Assembly (NCBI GenBank): GCA_003507445.1
Contig: DNVR01000010.1
Span: 1-47,389, forward strand
DNA: 47,389 nucleotides
Source: Candidatus Moraniibacteriota bacterium
GTDB lineage: Bacteria > Patescibacteriota > Minisyncoccia > Moranbacterales > GWC2-37-73
Direction of reading: 5' to 3'
Shown here: piece by piece, positions 8,764 through 17,201 of the stretch
How positions within the stretch are numbered: position 1 is the first letter of the stretch
Layout: each line of letters opens with the position of its first letter
Program-made: the position numbers and the translations under genes
Notes under the pieces: model-generated
The model's input: only the letters and a program-made list of their open reading frames with translations
What the model was told of the DNA's origin: nothing
Databases searched by the model: none

Positions 8764-11700
8764 ATGGGAATGATGCATTTGTATTATCGGCAAAGTGAGG
8801 CGATGGAATTGCATTTCAACATCCAAACATCAGAGATCATCGAAGGGGAAAACCTGGAGAAACTGCTGTGGCTCATCAAGCAGCCGGGAAGCCAGTATCA
8901 ACCAAAATTTGAAACTGCGCTTTCTGGGGAAATTGTGGAAATCGGACCGCTGATGCATTTTGAAACCACGTTTTCCAGCAAGGCAGTGAACATCTGTCGT
9001 GAAGCTGGGCTCGATTGCGTTTCACGCGTCGAATATTTCACGCGCTATATGCTTCCAGCTGGAACCGATCGCAAGGACTTTGTTGCAAAAAACTGCGACC
9101 GCATGATTGAAGGTGTTTATGATAATTTGCTGGAGACTTTTGAAACTGGAATTTTGCCAGAGCCAACACAAATCATAGCGCTATTAGAAAGCGGACGAGT
9201 CCCGCTCGAAGAAATCAGTAAAAAGATGGGACTTGGTTTTAATCTGTCGAAACTGGATTTTTTGTATGATTACTATGTGAATTATGAAAAAAGAAATCCG
9301 ACAGATGTGGAATTGTTTGCAGCTGCTCAAGCACTGAGCGAGCATTGTCGACATGGATTTTTTGGAGCGCAACTTTATATTGATCATGAAGGTGAGAGAA
9401 AAAAAATGGCGGAAACGCTTTTTCAAATCATCAAATCAATTCGCGCTGCAAATCCTGGCAACAGTAATCGCGCATTTTGTGATAATGCTAGTTCGATCGA
9501 TGGATATGAAGTGAGAGTTTTGGAAAGTGCATTTCCATACAAATCAGCAGAAATGATCGAAAGAACACATCTTGTTCACGTCACAAATACTGCCGAAACA
9601 CACAATTATCCCTCCAGCATTTCGGCTTTTGCCGGTGCAATAACTGGCATTGTTGGAATGTTGCGTGACGATGATGCCGAAGGTTGTGGTTCACAGGGAT
9701 TGTTTTGCTATGGTGGATATTTTGTTGCAGCTCTGCATATGCTCGGTTATCACATAGCTGGAGAATTGGATTTGCAACTCGCTGCAAGATTGGAAACTCC
9801 ACTAAATATACTTATCAAGGGGAGTAATGGTGTTGTGGATGGGGCAAATAAATATGGTCAGCCTGTAACTTGTGGTGTCTGCCGTTCGGTCGACATTCTT
9901 TTGCCTGATGGTGAACGACGCGCCTATTTGAAGCCAATTCTTTATGTTGGCGGAGTCGGGACAATTAAGGATATTCATCTGGAAAAAGATGAGCCGAAAA
10001 TTGGCATGAAAATCGTTCAAATTGGCGGTCCAGCTTTTCGCATTGGCAAGGGAGGTGGAGCTCGTTCAAGCGTGCTTAGCACTAGCGCTGAAGATCACGC
10101 ACTTGATTTTGATGGTGTGCAACGTGGCGATCCGGAAATGCAAAATGGAGTTCATCGTGTGACGAGAGCCTGCACAGAGATGAATAAAGATAATCCAATT
10201 GCAGTTGTGCATGACCAAGGTGCAGGTGGCCCTGGCAATGTTCTTTTGGAAATTGTTGGGCAGTCTGGTGGACGCATTGATATTCGCAATATTAGAGTCG
10301 CTGACAAGACAATGTCAGTCCTGGAAATCATCGGCTGCGAATATCAAGAGCGCATGGCATATTTGATTTATCCTGAGCGTTTTGAGATGTTTAAGAGGAT
10401 TTGTTTGCGAGAAGGTGTGCATTGTGAAGATTTGGGTGAGATCACTGGTGACGGACGCATTGTTTTCTTTGATGAAGATGAAGGCACGACCCCAGTAAAT
10501 CTCAACCTGGAAAAGTTTATGATTGATTTGCCACAGGAAGAATATGAATTGGTGCGGGTTGATCATAGACTTAAGCCTTTGGAAATTCCGGAAGATCTGA
10601 CGGTTGAGCAGGCTTTTGAAATGGTCTGCCAACAACTCTCAGTTTGCTCCAAGGGTTTTCTGGTGCATAAGGGAGATCAAAGTGTTGGTGGCTTGGTTGC
10701 ACAGCAGCAATGTTGTGGCCCAATGCAAATTCCCGTTTCTGATGTGGCTGTTTCTGCAATAAGCTATTTGGAGAATTGCGGCGCCGCTGAAGGACTTGGA
10801 GAAGCACCTTTGACAATACTGATTAGTCCTGAGGCAGGAGCACGCATGATCATCGCCGAAGCCCTACTGAATATTTTCGCAGCTCAAGTGACTTCAGTTC
10901 ACGACATCACATATCGTGCAAACTGGATGGCTGCTGCAAAGTTGCCAGGTGAAGGCGTGGTGATTCATGATGCAATTGTTTCACTTCGTGATCTTTCGAT
11001 TTTTTTCAAAATCAAACCTGACGGCGGAAAAGATAGCCTGACAATGGCGGAGATGATTGAAAATGTTTTTGTCAAAGCTCCGGCTACACTTATTCTTTCT
11101 GCTTATTGCACTGTTGACGATGTCAAAAAAGTTGTGACGCCAGACATTAAACGTCCTGGGAAAAGCGTGCTTATTTTGCTTGATCCAGCGAAAGGCAAAT
11201 GTCGTCTGGGTGGCAGCGCACTGGCACAAGCTCTGGGTGGACAAATTGGAGATGAATGTCCAGATGTGGATAATTCTGAATTGTTCCTTAACACGTTGTT
11301 TGCAATTCTGGAGCTGCATGAAAAAGACTTAATGCTGGCATATCATGACCGCGTCGGTGACGGCGGCCTCATTGTCACATTGGCGGAAATGGCCATGGCA
11401 AAAAATTGCGGTATGCTCGTTACGCTCGAAAAAAGAAAAGACCGCAGTGCAATCGAAACTCTCTTTAACCAGGAAGCAGGTGTTGTAATTGAATGCGCAA
11501 TTGAACAAGTTGCTGAAATTTCAGGAGTTCTCAATTTTTACGGAGTACCTCATGGAATTATTGCATCAACCTGGGAAAATCCGCGCATGACAATATGCGA
11601 AGGTGATGAAATAATATTCAACAAGTCAATCGGTGCCATGCGGCAAACATGGGAAAGGACATCATATGAAATCGAAAAACTTCAGATGCCCAATCCTGAA

Positions 11701-12600
11701 TGCGCCGAGCAGGAGTTCGCTTCATATGAAAACAAAGAAACTCCAAAATGTATCCTTTCTTTCGAACCCAAACCGACACTTCCTGAAATTCTGATGCTTG
11801 GCCAGGCGAGACCAAAAGTTGCAATACTTCGAGCACATGGAACCAACAGTGATCGTGAGATGGCTGCAGCGTTCCACCTGGCTGGGTTTGCAACTCAAGA
11901 TGTGAACATGTTTGATTTGAAATCTGGGGCAGTGACGCTAGATGGATTTCACGGGCTAGCACCTTCTGGAGGTTTTGCAGACGCAGATGTTTTTGGCAGT
12001 GCCAAGGGCTGGGCAGCTTCAGTACTGTTTGATGAAAAGTTGCTGGAAATGTTTGAAAAATTCCGTAATTCTCCGAACAGGTTTTCCTTCTGGGAATGTA
12101 ATGGCTGCCAGTTCGGAACTTTGCTGAACTGGATTCTTGGAGATGTCTTTCAGGAAGATTATCAGCCACGCATGGTGCATAACATCTCCGGCAGATTTGA
12201 ACATCGCTGGCCGATGGTTGAAATTCAAAAAAGTCCCTCGGTAATGCTTTCTGGTATGGAGTGCTCCAGGCTTGTAGTTCCTTCCGCACATGGTGAAGGT
12301 AGATTTTATTTTCCAAACCAGGAAGTTCTCAATTATGTTTTGGAGAACAATCTTGCTCCTGTGCGCTATATTGATCCTGCTGGAAATCCAACGGAGCACT
12401 ATCCTTATAATCCGAATGGATCTCCAAATGGCATTGCTGCACTTTGTTCGCCTGATGGCAGACATCTTGTCATGATGCCACATCCAACTAGGGCATTCTT
12501 GCTGAAACAATGTAGATCCTGGATGCCTGAAGACTGGAAGAAAAACTTGCAGGCCTCTCCATGGCTGCAAATGTTTCAGAATGCTCGTAAGTATGTTTAA
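8764..12600 (+). CDS. purL: Phosphoribosylformylglycinamidine (FGAM) synthase, single-chain large PurL
   Basis: 1278 aa. SEHCRHGFF motif, duplicated AIR-synthase-like domains, and a C-terminal glutaminase domain with ECNGCQ and SAHGEGRF. SD GGGGAGG lies 6 nt upstream. Confidence 0.9.
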   Translation: MGMMHLYYRQSEAMELHFNIQTSEIIEGENLEKLLWLIKQPGSQYQPKFETALSGEIVEIGPLMHFETTFSSKAVNICREAGLDCVSRVEYFTRYMLPAGTDRKDFVAKNCDRMIEGVYDNLLETFETGILPEPTQIIALLESGRVPLEEISKKMGLGFNLSKLDFLYDYYVNYEKRNPTDVELFAAAQALSEHCRHGFFGAQLYIDHEGERKKMAETLFQIIKSIRAANPGNSNRAFCDNASSIDGYEVRVLESAFPYKSAEMIERTHLVHVTNTAETHNYPSSISAFAGAITGIVGMLRDDDAEGCGSQGLFCYGGYFVAALHMLGYHIAGELDLQLAARLETPLNILIKGSNGVVDGANKYGQPVTCGVCRSVDILLPDGERRAYLKPILYVGGVGTIKDIHLEKDEPKIGMKIVQIGGPAFRIGKGGGARSSVLSTSAEDHALDFDGVQRGDPEMQNGVHRVTRACTEMNKDNPIAVVHDQGAGGPGNVLLEIVGQSGGRIDIRNIRVADKTMSVLEIIGCEYQERMAYLIYPERFEMFKRICLREGVHCEDLGEITGDGRIVFFDEDEGTTPVNLNLEKFMIDLPQEEYELVRVDHRLKPLEIPEDLTVEQAFEMVCQQLSVCSKGFLVHKGDQSVGGLVAQQQCCGPMQIPVSDVAVSAISYLENCGAAEGLGEAPLTILISPEAGARMIIAEALLNIFAAQVTSVHDITYRANWMAAAKLPGEGVVIHDAIVSLRDLSIFFKIKPDGGKDSLTMAEMIENVFVKAPATLILSAYCTVDDVKKVVTPDIKRPGKSVLILLDPAKGKCRLGGSALAQALGGQIGDECPDVDNSELFLNTLFAILELHEKDLMLAYHDRVGDGGLIVTLAEMAMAKNCGMLVTLEKRKDRSAIETLFNQEAGVVIECAIEQVAEISGVLNFYGVPHGIIASTWENPRMTICEGDEIIFNKSIGAMRQTWERTSYEIEKLQMPNPECAEQEFASYENKETPKCILSFEPKPTLPEILMLGQARPKVAILRAHGTNSDREMAAAFHLAGFATQDVNMFDLKSGAVTLDGFHGLAPSGGFADADVFGSAKGWAASVLFDEKLLEMFEKFRNSPNRFSFWECNGCQFGTLLNWILGDVFQEDYQPRMVHNISGRFEHRWPMVEIQKSPSVMLSGMECSRLVVPSAHGEGRFYFPNQEVLNYVLENNLAPVRYIDPAGNPTEHYPYNPNGSPNGIAALCSPDGRHLVMMPHPTRAFLLKQCRSWMPEDWKKNLQASPWLQMFQNARKYV

Positions 12601-12633
12601 CAGATAAGGCCAACGCGCCATCTAATGTAATTT

Positions 12634-12668
12634 GCCCCTCTCGTCAAAAGCGAGTAGGGGCTTTTTTT
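12634..12668 (+). terminator. Intrinsic terminator after purL
   Basis: GCCCCTCTCG...CGAGTAGGGGC stem followed by TTTTTTT. Confidence 0.7.
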
Positions 12669-12679
12669 ATATGCCTTTT

Positions 12680-12708
12680 TTGACATATTTGCCACAAAAT
12701 GCGAAAAT
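12680..12708 (+). promoter_or_regulatory. Candidate sigma70-type promoter (TTGACA-17 nt-GAAAAT with TGc extension)
   Basis: TTGACA at 12680-12685 and TGCGAAAAT ending at 12708, upstream of the 12787 gene. Confidence 0.4.
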
Positions 12709-12786
12709 CAGTAGTAGGGGAGAAAGGTTTTAAAAATAGGATAGATTCTCTCTGATTTTTTTAAAATTTTTGCGCAAATTCATTAT

Positions 12787-13569
12787 ATGTTTTTTCATTT
12801 TCATATCTTTTTGTATAGTTTGGTCTTCTTCTTTATTTTGGAATTCATTGCTGGCGACGTAATCAGTTCTAGACTCGCTGATGTTTCTGGCACTGGTGGT
12901 GGTATTTGGCTTGCAGTTCTCGCTTTTTTGCTATTGTTTGTATACTTTTATCAAATTACCAAGCGTGTTTCTCAGCGAATCAGCATGACGCCAATTCCGC
13001 TGCTGCTTGTTGTTTCAACACTTGGTCTTTTGTATTTTGTGCAATCCATCAAGCAAGAACAATTGCTTATTTTGCTCAGTGCTTTTGCATATTATTTTTT
13101 GCATATCGCATTGTATCGCTTGCGCAGCTACGAAAAAGATCAAACCGCCAGGGGAATAATCGCTGCAGGAAGCGTGGCGACAATCTTTCTTTTTAATGCA
13201 ACGGCATATGGAATATATTTAAACTTTGCAATTTCACTTTGGATTTTAATGACAATGCTTATGGCTATAACCGTTTTGGTAAGCTTTCAATATTTCTGGC
13301 TTATTAATGATAATAAAAAAAATGTGCTTAACTATAGCCTTGTTTTGGGCTTTGTGATGGCTGAAATTGTTTGGGTTTTGAATTTTTGGCCTTTTGGATA
13401 CTTGACAACAGGCGTTATTAGTCTTATTTTCTACTATGTGTTCTGGGACCTTGTTCAATGTCATTTTTTAAACACACTCTCAAAAAAACGCGTTATCACA
13501 AATATGTTTTTCTTTGGAGTGTTGATGGCATTGGTTCTTTCCAGCACACGTTGGCTGCCTGTCTTGTAA
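12787..13569 (+). CDS. Polytopic integral membrane protein, function unknown
   Basis: 260 aa and almost entirely hydrophobic, with about 8 predicted helices by eye. No recognisable motif. Confidence 0.6.
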   Translation: MFFHFHIFLYSLVFFFILEFIAGDVISSRLADVSGTGGGIWLAVLAFLLLFVYFYQITKRVSQRISMTPIPLLLVVSTLGLLYFVQSIKQEQLLILLSAFAYYFLHIALYRLRSYEKDQTARGIIAAGSVATIFLFNATAYGIYLNFAISLWILMTMLMAITVLVSFQYFWLINDNKKNVLNYSLVLGFVMAEIVWVLNFWPFGYLTTGVISLIFYYVFWDLVQCHFLNTLSKKRVITNMFFFGVLMALVLSSTRWLPVL

Positions 13570-13608
13570 AAATGTTTAAATTTTTTAATAAAAGCTAGAA
13601 TATATATA

Positions 13609-14778
13609 ATGAGTAAAAAATCAGATATAGTAAAAAGTGTTGCAAAAATAAGCGCGGTGTTGTTTATAATTTTTAGTGTTGGTGGAATTGGTGGTGTGTA
13701 TTTTGATCAGCAAGTACTGCCTTTTATTCGTACAAATAAATATTTATCTGGCATAAATTTTCTTAAACATTCTGCTGAGAATGTCACAGTTATAAACAAA
13801 ACAGAACAAGTGACAATCAAGGAAGATGACTCTATTAATGAAGTTGCATCGCAGGCCTCAAACGCTGTGGTTAACATTATCTCACTTGGCTCTCAAAAAG
13901 ATGTAATAACAAAACTAACAACAAACACTGATCAAAGCGGAACAGGAATTATTGTTACCAGCGATGGCTTGATTGCAACTTATCGATCTGCAATCATTGA
14001 AAAAAATGCTGCTTACAAAGTGCTTCTTTTTAACGGTGCCAATTATGACGCTAAATTGTTGGGAATTGATGAATTTTCTGACTTGGCATTTCTTAAGATT
14101 GAAGCTTCGAATTTGACAGCGATTTCTTTTGGCGATTCAAGCAAGGTTTATCCGGGAAAAAAATTAGTAGCAATCGGAAATTCTTTCGGCGAATATCAAA
14201 ATCGTTATGCTTCTGGTTTGCTTAGTAATCTCGCCAAGACTTATAACTTGGCAGGAAAAACAGTTTCTTCCTCTGAAAAGCTCGAGGGTGTTCTTGAAAG
14301 CGATTTCAACAATCAAAAAGGATATATTGGTGGACCTGTTATTGGTTATAGTGGCGACTTGGTTGGAATCAGCGGCGCTATTGTTGTTGATGGGCAAAAT
14401 CAATATTTTCAAATTCCTTCTAACATAGCTCAAAAGGCTTTGAGCTTGGCACTTTCCGGTGAACTTGAAAAACGTCCATTTTTGGGAGCGTATTATGTTT
14501 CGATCACGAAAGAATATGCCATCGCGCATAATTTGAATCGTGATCGTGGAGCGCTCATCTTTTCTCCTTCAGGCAAACAAGGTCTTGCAATAATTGCACT
14601 TTCTCCAGCTGAAAAAGCAGGGCTAAGAATCAATGACATTGTTTTGGCCGTGAATGATCAGAGTATTAATTTGGACAACCCACTTTCAAACTTGGTTAAT
14701 CAATATAAAAAAGGGGACAAAATAGAATTACTTGTTGAACGTGACAGCAAGGAAATAAAAATTTCCGTGGAATTGTAA
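13609..14778 (+). CDS. HtrA-like trypsin-fold + PDZ protein lacking the catalytic His and Ser (predicted pseudoprotease)
   Basis: Same layout as the protein at 3209-4528. The His box reads TSDGLIATYRSAI (Ser at 13987-13989). The Ser box reads KGYIGGPV (Ile at 14326-14328). The Asp box SDLAFLKIE is kept. Confidence 0.75.
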   Translation: MSKKSDIVKSVAKISAVLFIIFSVGGIGGVYFDQQVLPFIRTNKYLSGINFLKHSAENVTVINKTEQVTIKEDDSINEVASQASNAVVNIISLGSQKDVITKLTTNTDQSGTGIIVTSDGLIATYRSAIIEKNAAYKVLLFNGANYDAKLLGIDEFSDLAFLKIEASNLTAISFGDSSKVYPGKKLVAIGNSFGEYQNRYASGLLSNLAKTYNLAGKTVSSSEKLEGVLESDFNNQKGYIGGPVIGYSGDLVGISGAIVVDGQNQYFQIPSNIAQKALSLALSGELEKRPFLGAYYVSITKEYAIAHNLNRDRGALIFSPSGKQGLAIIALSPAEKAGLRINDIVLAVNDQSINLDNPLSNLVNQYKKGDKIELLVERDSKEIKISVEL

Positions 14779-14802
14779 GTATACAATCATTACAAACAAA
14801 CC

Positions 14803-14831
14803 AAAAAGGAAGGATAAAACCTTCTTTTTTT
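14803..14831 (+). terminator. Intrinsic terminator
   Basis: AAAAAGGAAGG ATAAAA CCTTCTTTTTTT. Confidence 0.6.
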
Positions 14832-14864
14832 GTGTCTTTTCAATAGAAAGTGTATGATTAGTAT

Positions 14865-15155
14865 ATGGATAAAGCACTTGCAAGCGTGTTAATATTTTTT
14901 CTGGCAGTGAATGTGCTGGCGTTTTTGATTATGTTTTTGGATAAACGCAAATCAAAAAAAGCTTCAGCAGAAAGAATTTCAGAAGGAATGCTATTTTTCA
15001 TAGCAACGGCTTTTGGCAGTGTCGGGGTGTATGCTGGGATGTTTGTTTTTCATCACAAAACTCAAAAGTGGTATTTCTTGCTTGGAATCCCGCTGCTTAT
15101 TCTCCAAAATGCTGCGCTGCTATATTTTATAAAAGAAAATATTGGTGCATTTTGA
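14865..15155 (+). CDS. DUF1294-family small membrane protein
   Basis: 96 aa. ...FLDKRKSKK...ERISEGMLFFIATAFGSVGVYAGMFVFHHKTQKWYF matches the DUF1294 pattern as I recall it. Confidence 0.7.
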   Translation: MDKALASVLIFFLAVNVLAFLIMFLDKRKSKKASAERISEGMLFFIATAFGSVGVYAGMFVFHHKTQKWYFLLGIPLLILQNAALLYFIKENIGAF

Positions 15156-15200
15156 TTGTATGATAAAGTATGATGCTTATTTCTTCTGAAATTAGCCCTA

Positions 15201-15229
15201 TTGACAGAAAATTGAATTTATGCTAGGCT
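15201..15229 (+). promoter_or_regulatory. Candidate promoter (TTGACA-17 nt-TAGGCT, TGc-extended)
   Basis: TTGACA at 15201-15206 and TGCTAGGCT ending at 15229. The design matches the promoter at 17002-17030. Confidence 0.45.
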
Positions 15230-15276
15230 AATAAGTCCCAGTAAATAAGTTATTAATTAATCAAATTTATAAACGT

Positions 15277-15927
15277 ATGATGAAAAAAATTGCAGTACTA
15301 GCAATAGTACTAAGCGCAACTGTGTTTGCGGTTAATTTGGTATCAGCTGACATTACTATCAAAAATAGTAACAGTTTCAGTGGAACTCAAACTGTTACTG
15401 CTAATCCAACAGCTACAGCATCTGTTTCTGATGTTAGCGCTTCAGCAACCGGCGGTAGTGCATATGCTACTGGTGGAAACGCTATTGTTTTAAACAGTGG
15501 AAATTCAAGCGGATATGTTAGCGCCTCTACTGGTGGTGCTGGCACGAATGGAACAACAGGAACTATAATTGCAGCAAGTGGAACAACAGGTGGAACAACA
15601 GCTGCAACTGGCGGAACTTCATCTTCAACAGGTGGAACATCAACTGCAAATGCAGGAACAAGTACTGCAACTGCCTCTGGTAATACCTCTGTTAGCCAAA
15701 GTGGAGAATTTGATTCAGATTCAAAAATAGTTATAGATAAAGATGGAAGTTATACAAAAAAAGATAAACACGGACGATCTCATCGCTATGATAAAAATGG
15801 TAGAGAAATTGCCTTCAAAAAATTGCCAGCGAGTGGAAGTGGAACAGTTGGCTTAATTGCAATCGCGATTCTTTCATTGTTTGCTACCGCATTTGGTGTA
15901 AAAAAATATGCAACTCAAATAAGATAA
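15277..15927 (+). CDS. Secreted Thr/Gly/Ser/Ala-rich surface protein with a C-terminal sortase sorting signal (LPASG + TM helix + basic tail)
   Basis: Signal peptide MMKKIAVLAIVLSATVFAVNLVSA. LPASG at 15823-15837, followed by TVGLIAIAILSLFATAFGV and KKYATQIR. Confidence 0.8.
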   Translation: MMKKIAVLAIVLSATVFAVNLVSADITIKNSNSFSGTQTVTANPTATASVSDVSASATGGSAYATGGNAIVLNSGNSSGYVSASTGGAGTNGTTGTIIAASGTTGGTTAATGGTSSSTGGTSTANAGTSTATASGNTSVSQSGEFDSDSKIVIDKDGSYTKKDKHGRSHRYDKNGREIAFKKLPASGSGTVGLIAIAILSLFATAFGVKKYATQIR

Positions 15928-15948
15928 TTTTCGAGCAGTTTGCGTGTA

Positions 15949-15980
15949 GACACTTGATGTGAATATAAGCATCAAGTGTC
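15949..15980 (+). promoter_or_regulatory. Intercistronic hairpin between the sorting-signal protein and the sortase
   Basis: Perfect 11-bp stem GACACTTGATG / CATCAAGTGTC with a 10-nt loop. No T-tract follows. Confidence 0.4.
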
Positions 15981-16018
15981 CATCACTTAAATTGAATGAA
16001 CGTCATAAAAATATTTCG

Positions 16019-16876
16019 ATGTTTAATATATCTGACAAAACAAAATTTCAATTAAAAAAGGTTGCTGCGTTAAGCATCCTTTTTTTGGCATTGTTTGCAT
16101 TGGGATTTTATGTGGTAAACCTGCTTGATTTTAGACCTGTTGTGAAAACAACGCCGAAACCAGTGCCTGTTATTGATTTACAAAAAGATGAAAATCTAAT
16201 AAAAAGAACAGGAACTGATGGAATCAATCTGGAAGAATTTGCAGCTTGGGCAAAAGCAAACAATATTGTTAGCAAGGATGTGTATGACAATGATTCTGAC
16301 GGCGATGGATTGCTTAACTATCAAGAATATATTCACGGAACAAATCCTAATAATATTGACAGTGACGGCGACAAATTTTCTGACAAGCAAGAAATTGTTA
16401 ATGGATATGATCCCGACGCCCCTGGAGATGCCAAACCTTTGGTATATGTAAAGATTGAAAAAATAGGAGTTGATGCTCCAATGATTTGGTCACAAAGCGA
16501 AGATGCAAAAAAAGCTCTCAAAGATTTGGAAAGCGGTCTTTCTCATTTTCCAAAATCAGCAGCTCCAGGAGAAAAAGGCAATGTGATAATCTCAGGACAT
16601 TCTAGCAACTATGTCTGGGCCAAAGGTGATTTCAATTATATCTTTAAAAACCTTAATGATTTGGAAGTGGGGGATATTGTTAATATAAAAACCATTCAAC
16701 AAAACGGTAAGATTATTTTTTACAAATATAAGATAAGTGAAAAATTTGTTACTGCTCCCGATGATGAAAAAATATTCGCCAATCCTGATGCTCCAGTGCT
16801 GACCCTGTCTACTTGTTGGCCACTTGGCACAAACTTCAAAAGACTCATTGTTAAGGCTGAACTTATTAAATCATAG
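16019..16876 (+). CDS. Sortase-family transpeptidase with N-terminal TM anchor and TSP3-like Asp-rich Ca-binding repeats
   Basis: DNDSDGDGLLNYQEY..DSDGDKFSDKQE repeats. Catalytic blocks ISGHSS, LTLSTCWP and KRLIVKA. The ATG at 16019 (MFNISDKT..) is preferred because the GTG at 15959 lies inside the hairpin. Confidence 0.85.
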   Translation: MFNISDKTKFQLKKVAALSILFLALFALGFYVVNLLDFRPVVKTTPKPVPVIDLQKDENLIKRTGTDGINLEEFAAWAKANNIVSKDVYDNDSDGDGLLNYQEYIHGTNPNNIDSDGDKFSDKQEIVNGYDPDAPGDAKPLVYVKIEKIGVDAPMIWSQSEDAKKALKDLESGLSHFPKSAAPGEKGNVIISGHSSNYVWAKGDFNYIFKNLNDLEVGDIVNIKTIQQNGKIIFYKYKISEKFVTAPDDEKIFANPDAPVLTLSTCWPLGTNFKRLIVKAELIKS

Positions 16877-16885
16877 AACATATAG

Positions 16886-16924
16886 CCCCAGTTAAATATT
16901 TTGGAGTACCAAAATTTAACGGGG
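16886..16924. repeat. Palindromic element, short copy (CCCCAGTTAAATATTTT ... AAAATTTAACGGGG)
   Basis: Same arm sequence, including the bulged A after CCCC, as 23731-23846. Confidence 0.6.
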
Positions 16925-16940
16925 TAAGCATATAGCATAT

Positions 16941-16974
16941 AGCAAAAATCCGCTTACTTGAGCGGGTTTTTGCT
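16941..16974 (+). terminator. Intrinsic terminator after the sortase gene
   Basis: AGCAAAAATCCGCT TACTTG AGCGGGTTTTTGCT. Confidence 0.7.
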
Positions 16975-17001
16975 ATCTAAAAAAATTATGCACTTTTAGA
17001 C

Positions 17002-17030
17002 TTGACAAGAGTGCTATTTTCTGCTAGACT
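17002..17030 (+). promoter_or_regulatory. Candidate promoter (TTGACA-17 nt-TAGACT, TGc-extended)
   Basis: TTGACA at 17002-17007 and TGCTAGACT ending at 17030. Confidence 0.5.
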
Positions 17031-17063
17031 GTATAGTTCTAGAAAAAGCATCTATTTTTGAAT

Positions 17064-17106
17064 CGGAACTCATCTCATTAGGGAAGTATTCCAGAAATGA
17101 GGTCCG
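17064..17106 (+). promoter_or_regulatory. Structured 5'-UTR hairpin upstream of the 494-aa secreted protein gene
   Basis: CGGAACTCAT / ATGAGGTCCG (9 of 10 positions pair) encloses the inner hairpin GGAA GTA TTCC. Confidence 0.35.
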
Positions 17107-17201
17107 TTAAATAATAAATGTCAGTTGTTTTGACAAGTTAATAGGATTTTTATATCGCAATTTCGCGAAACTCACACTTTTATGGAAAAAAGGAGAAGAG
17201 A

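Noticed and set aside
11618-12621. 232-aa and 200-aa minus-strand ORFs antisense to the 3' part of purL
   Set aside because: Same reasoning. The plus frame encodes the intact glutaminase domain (ECNGCQ, HGEGRF), and the antisense translations are motif-free.
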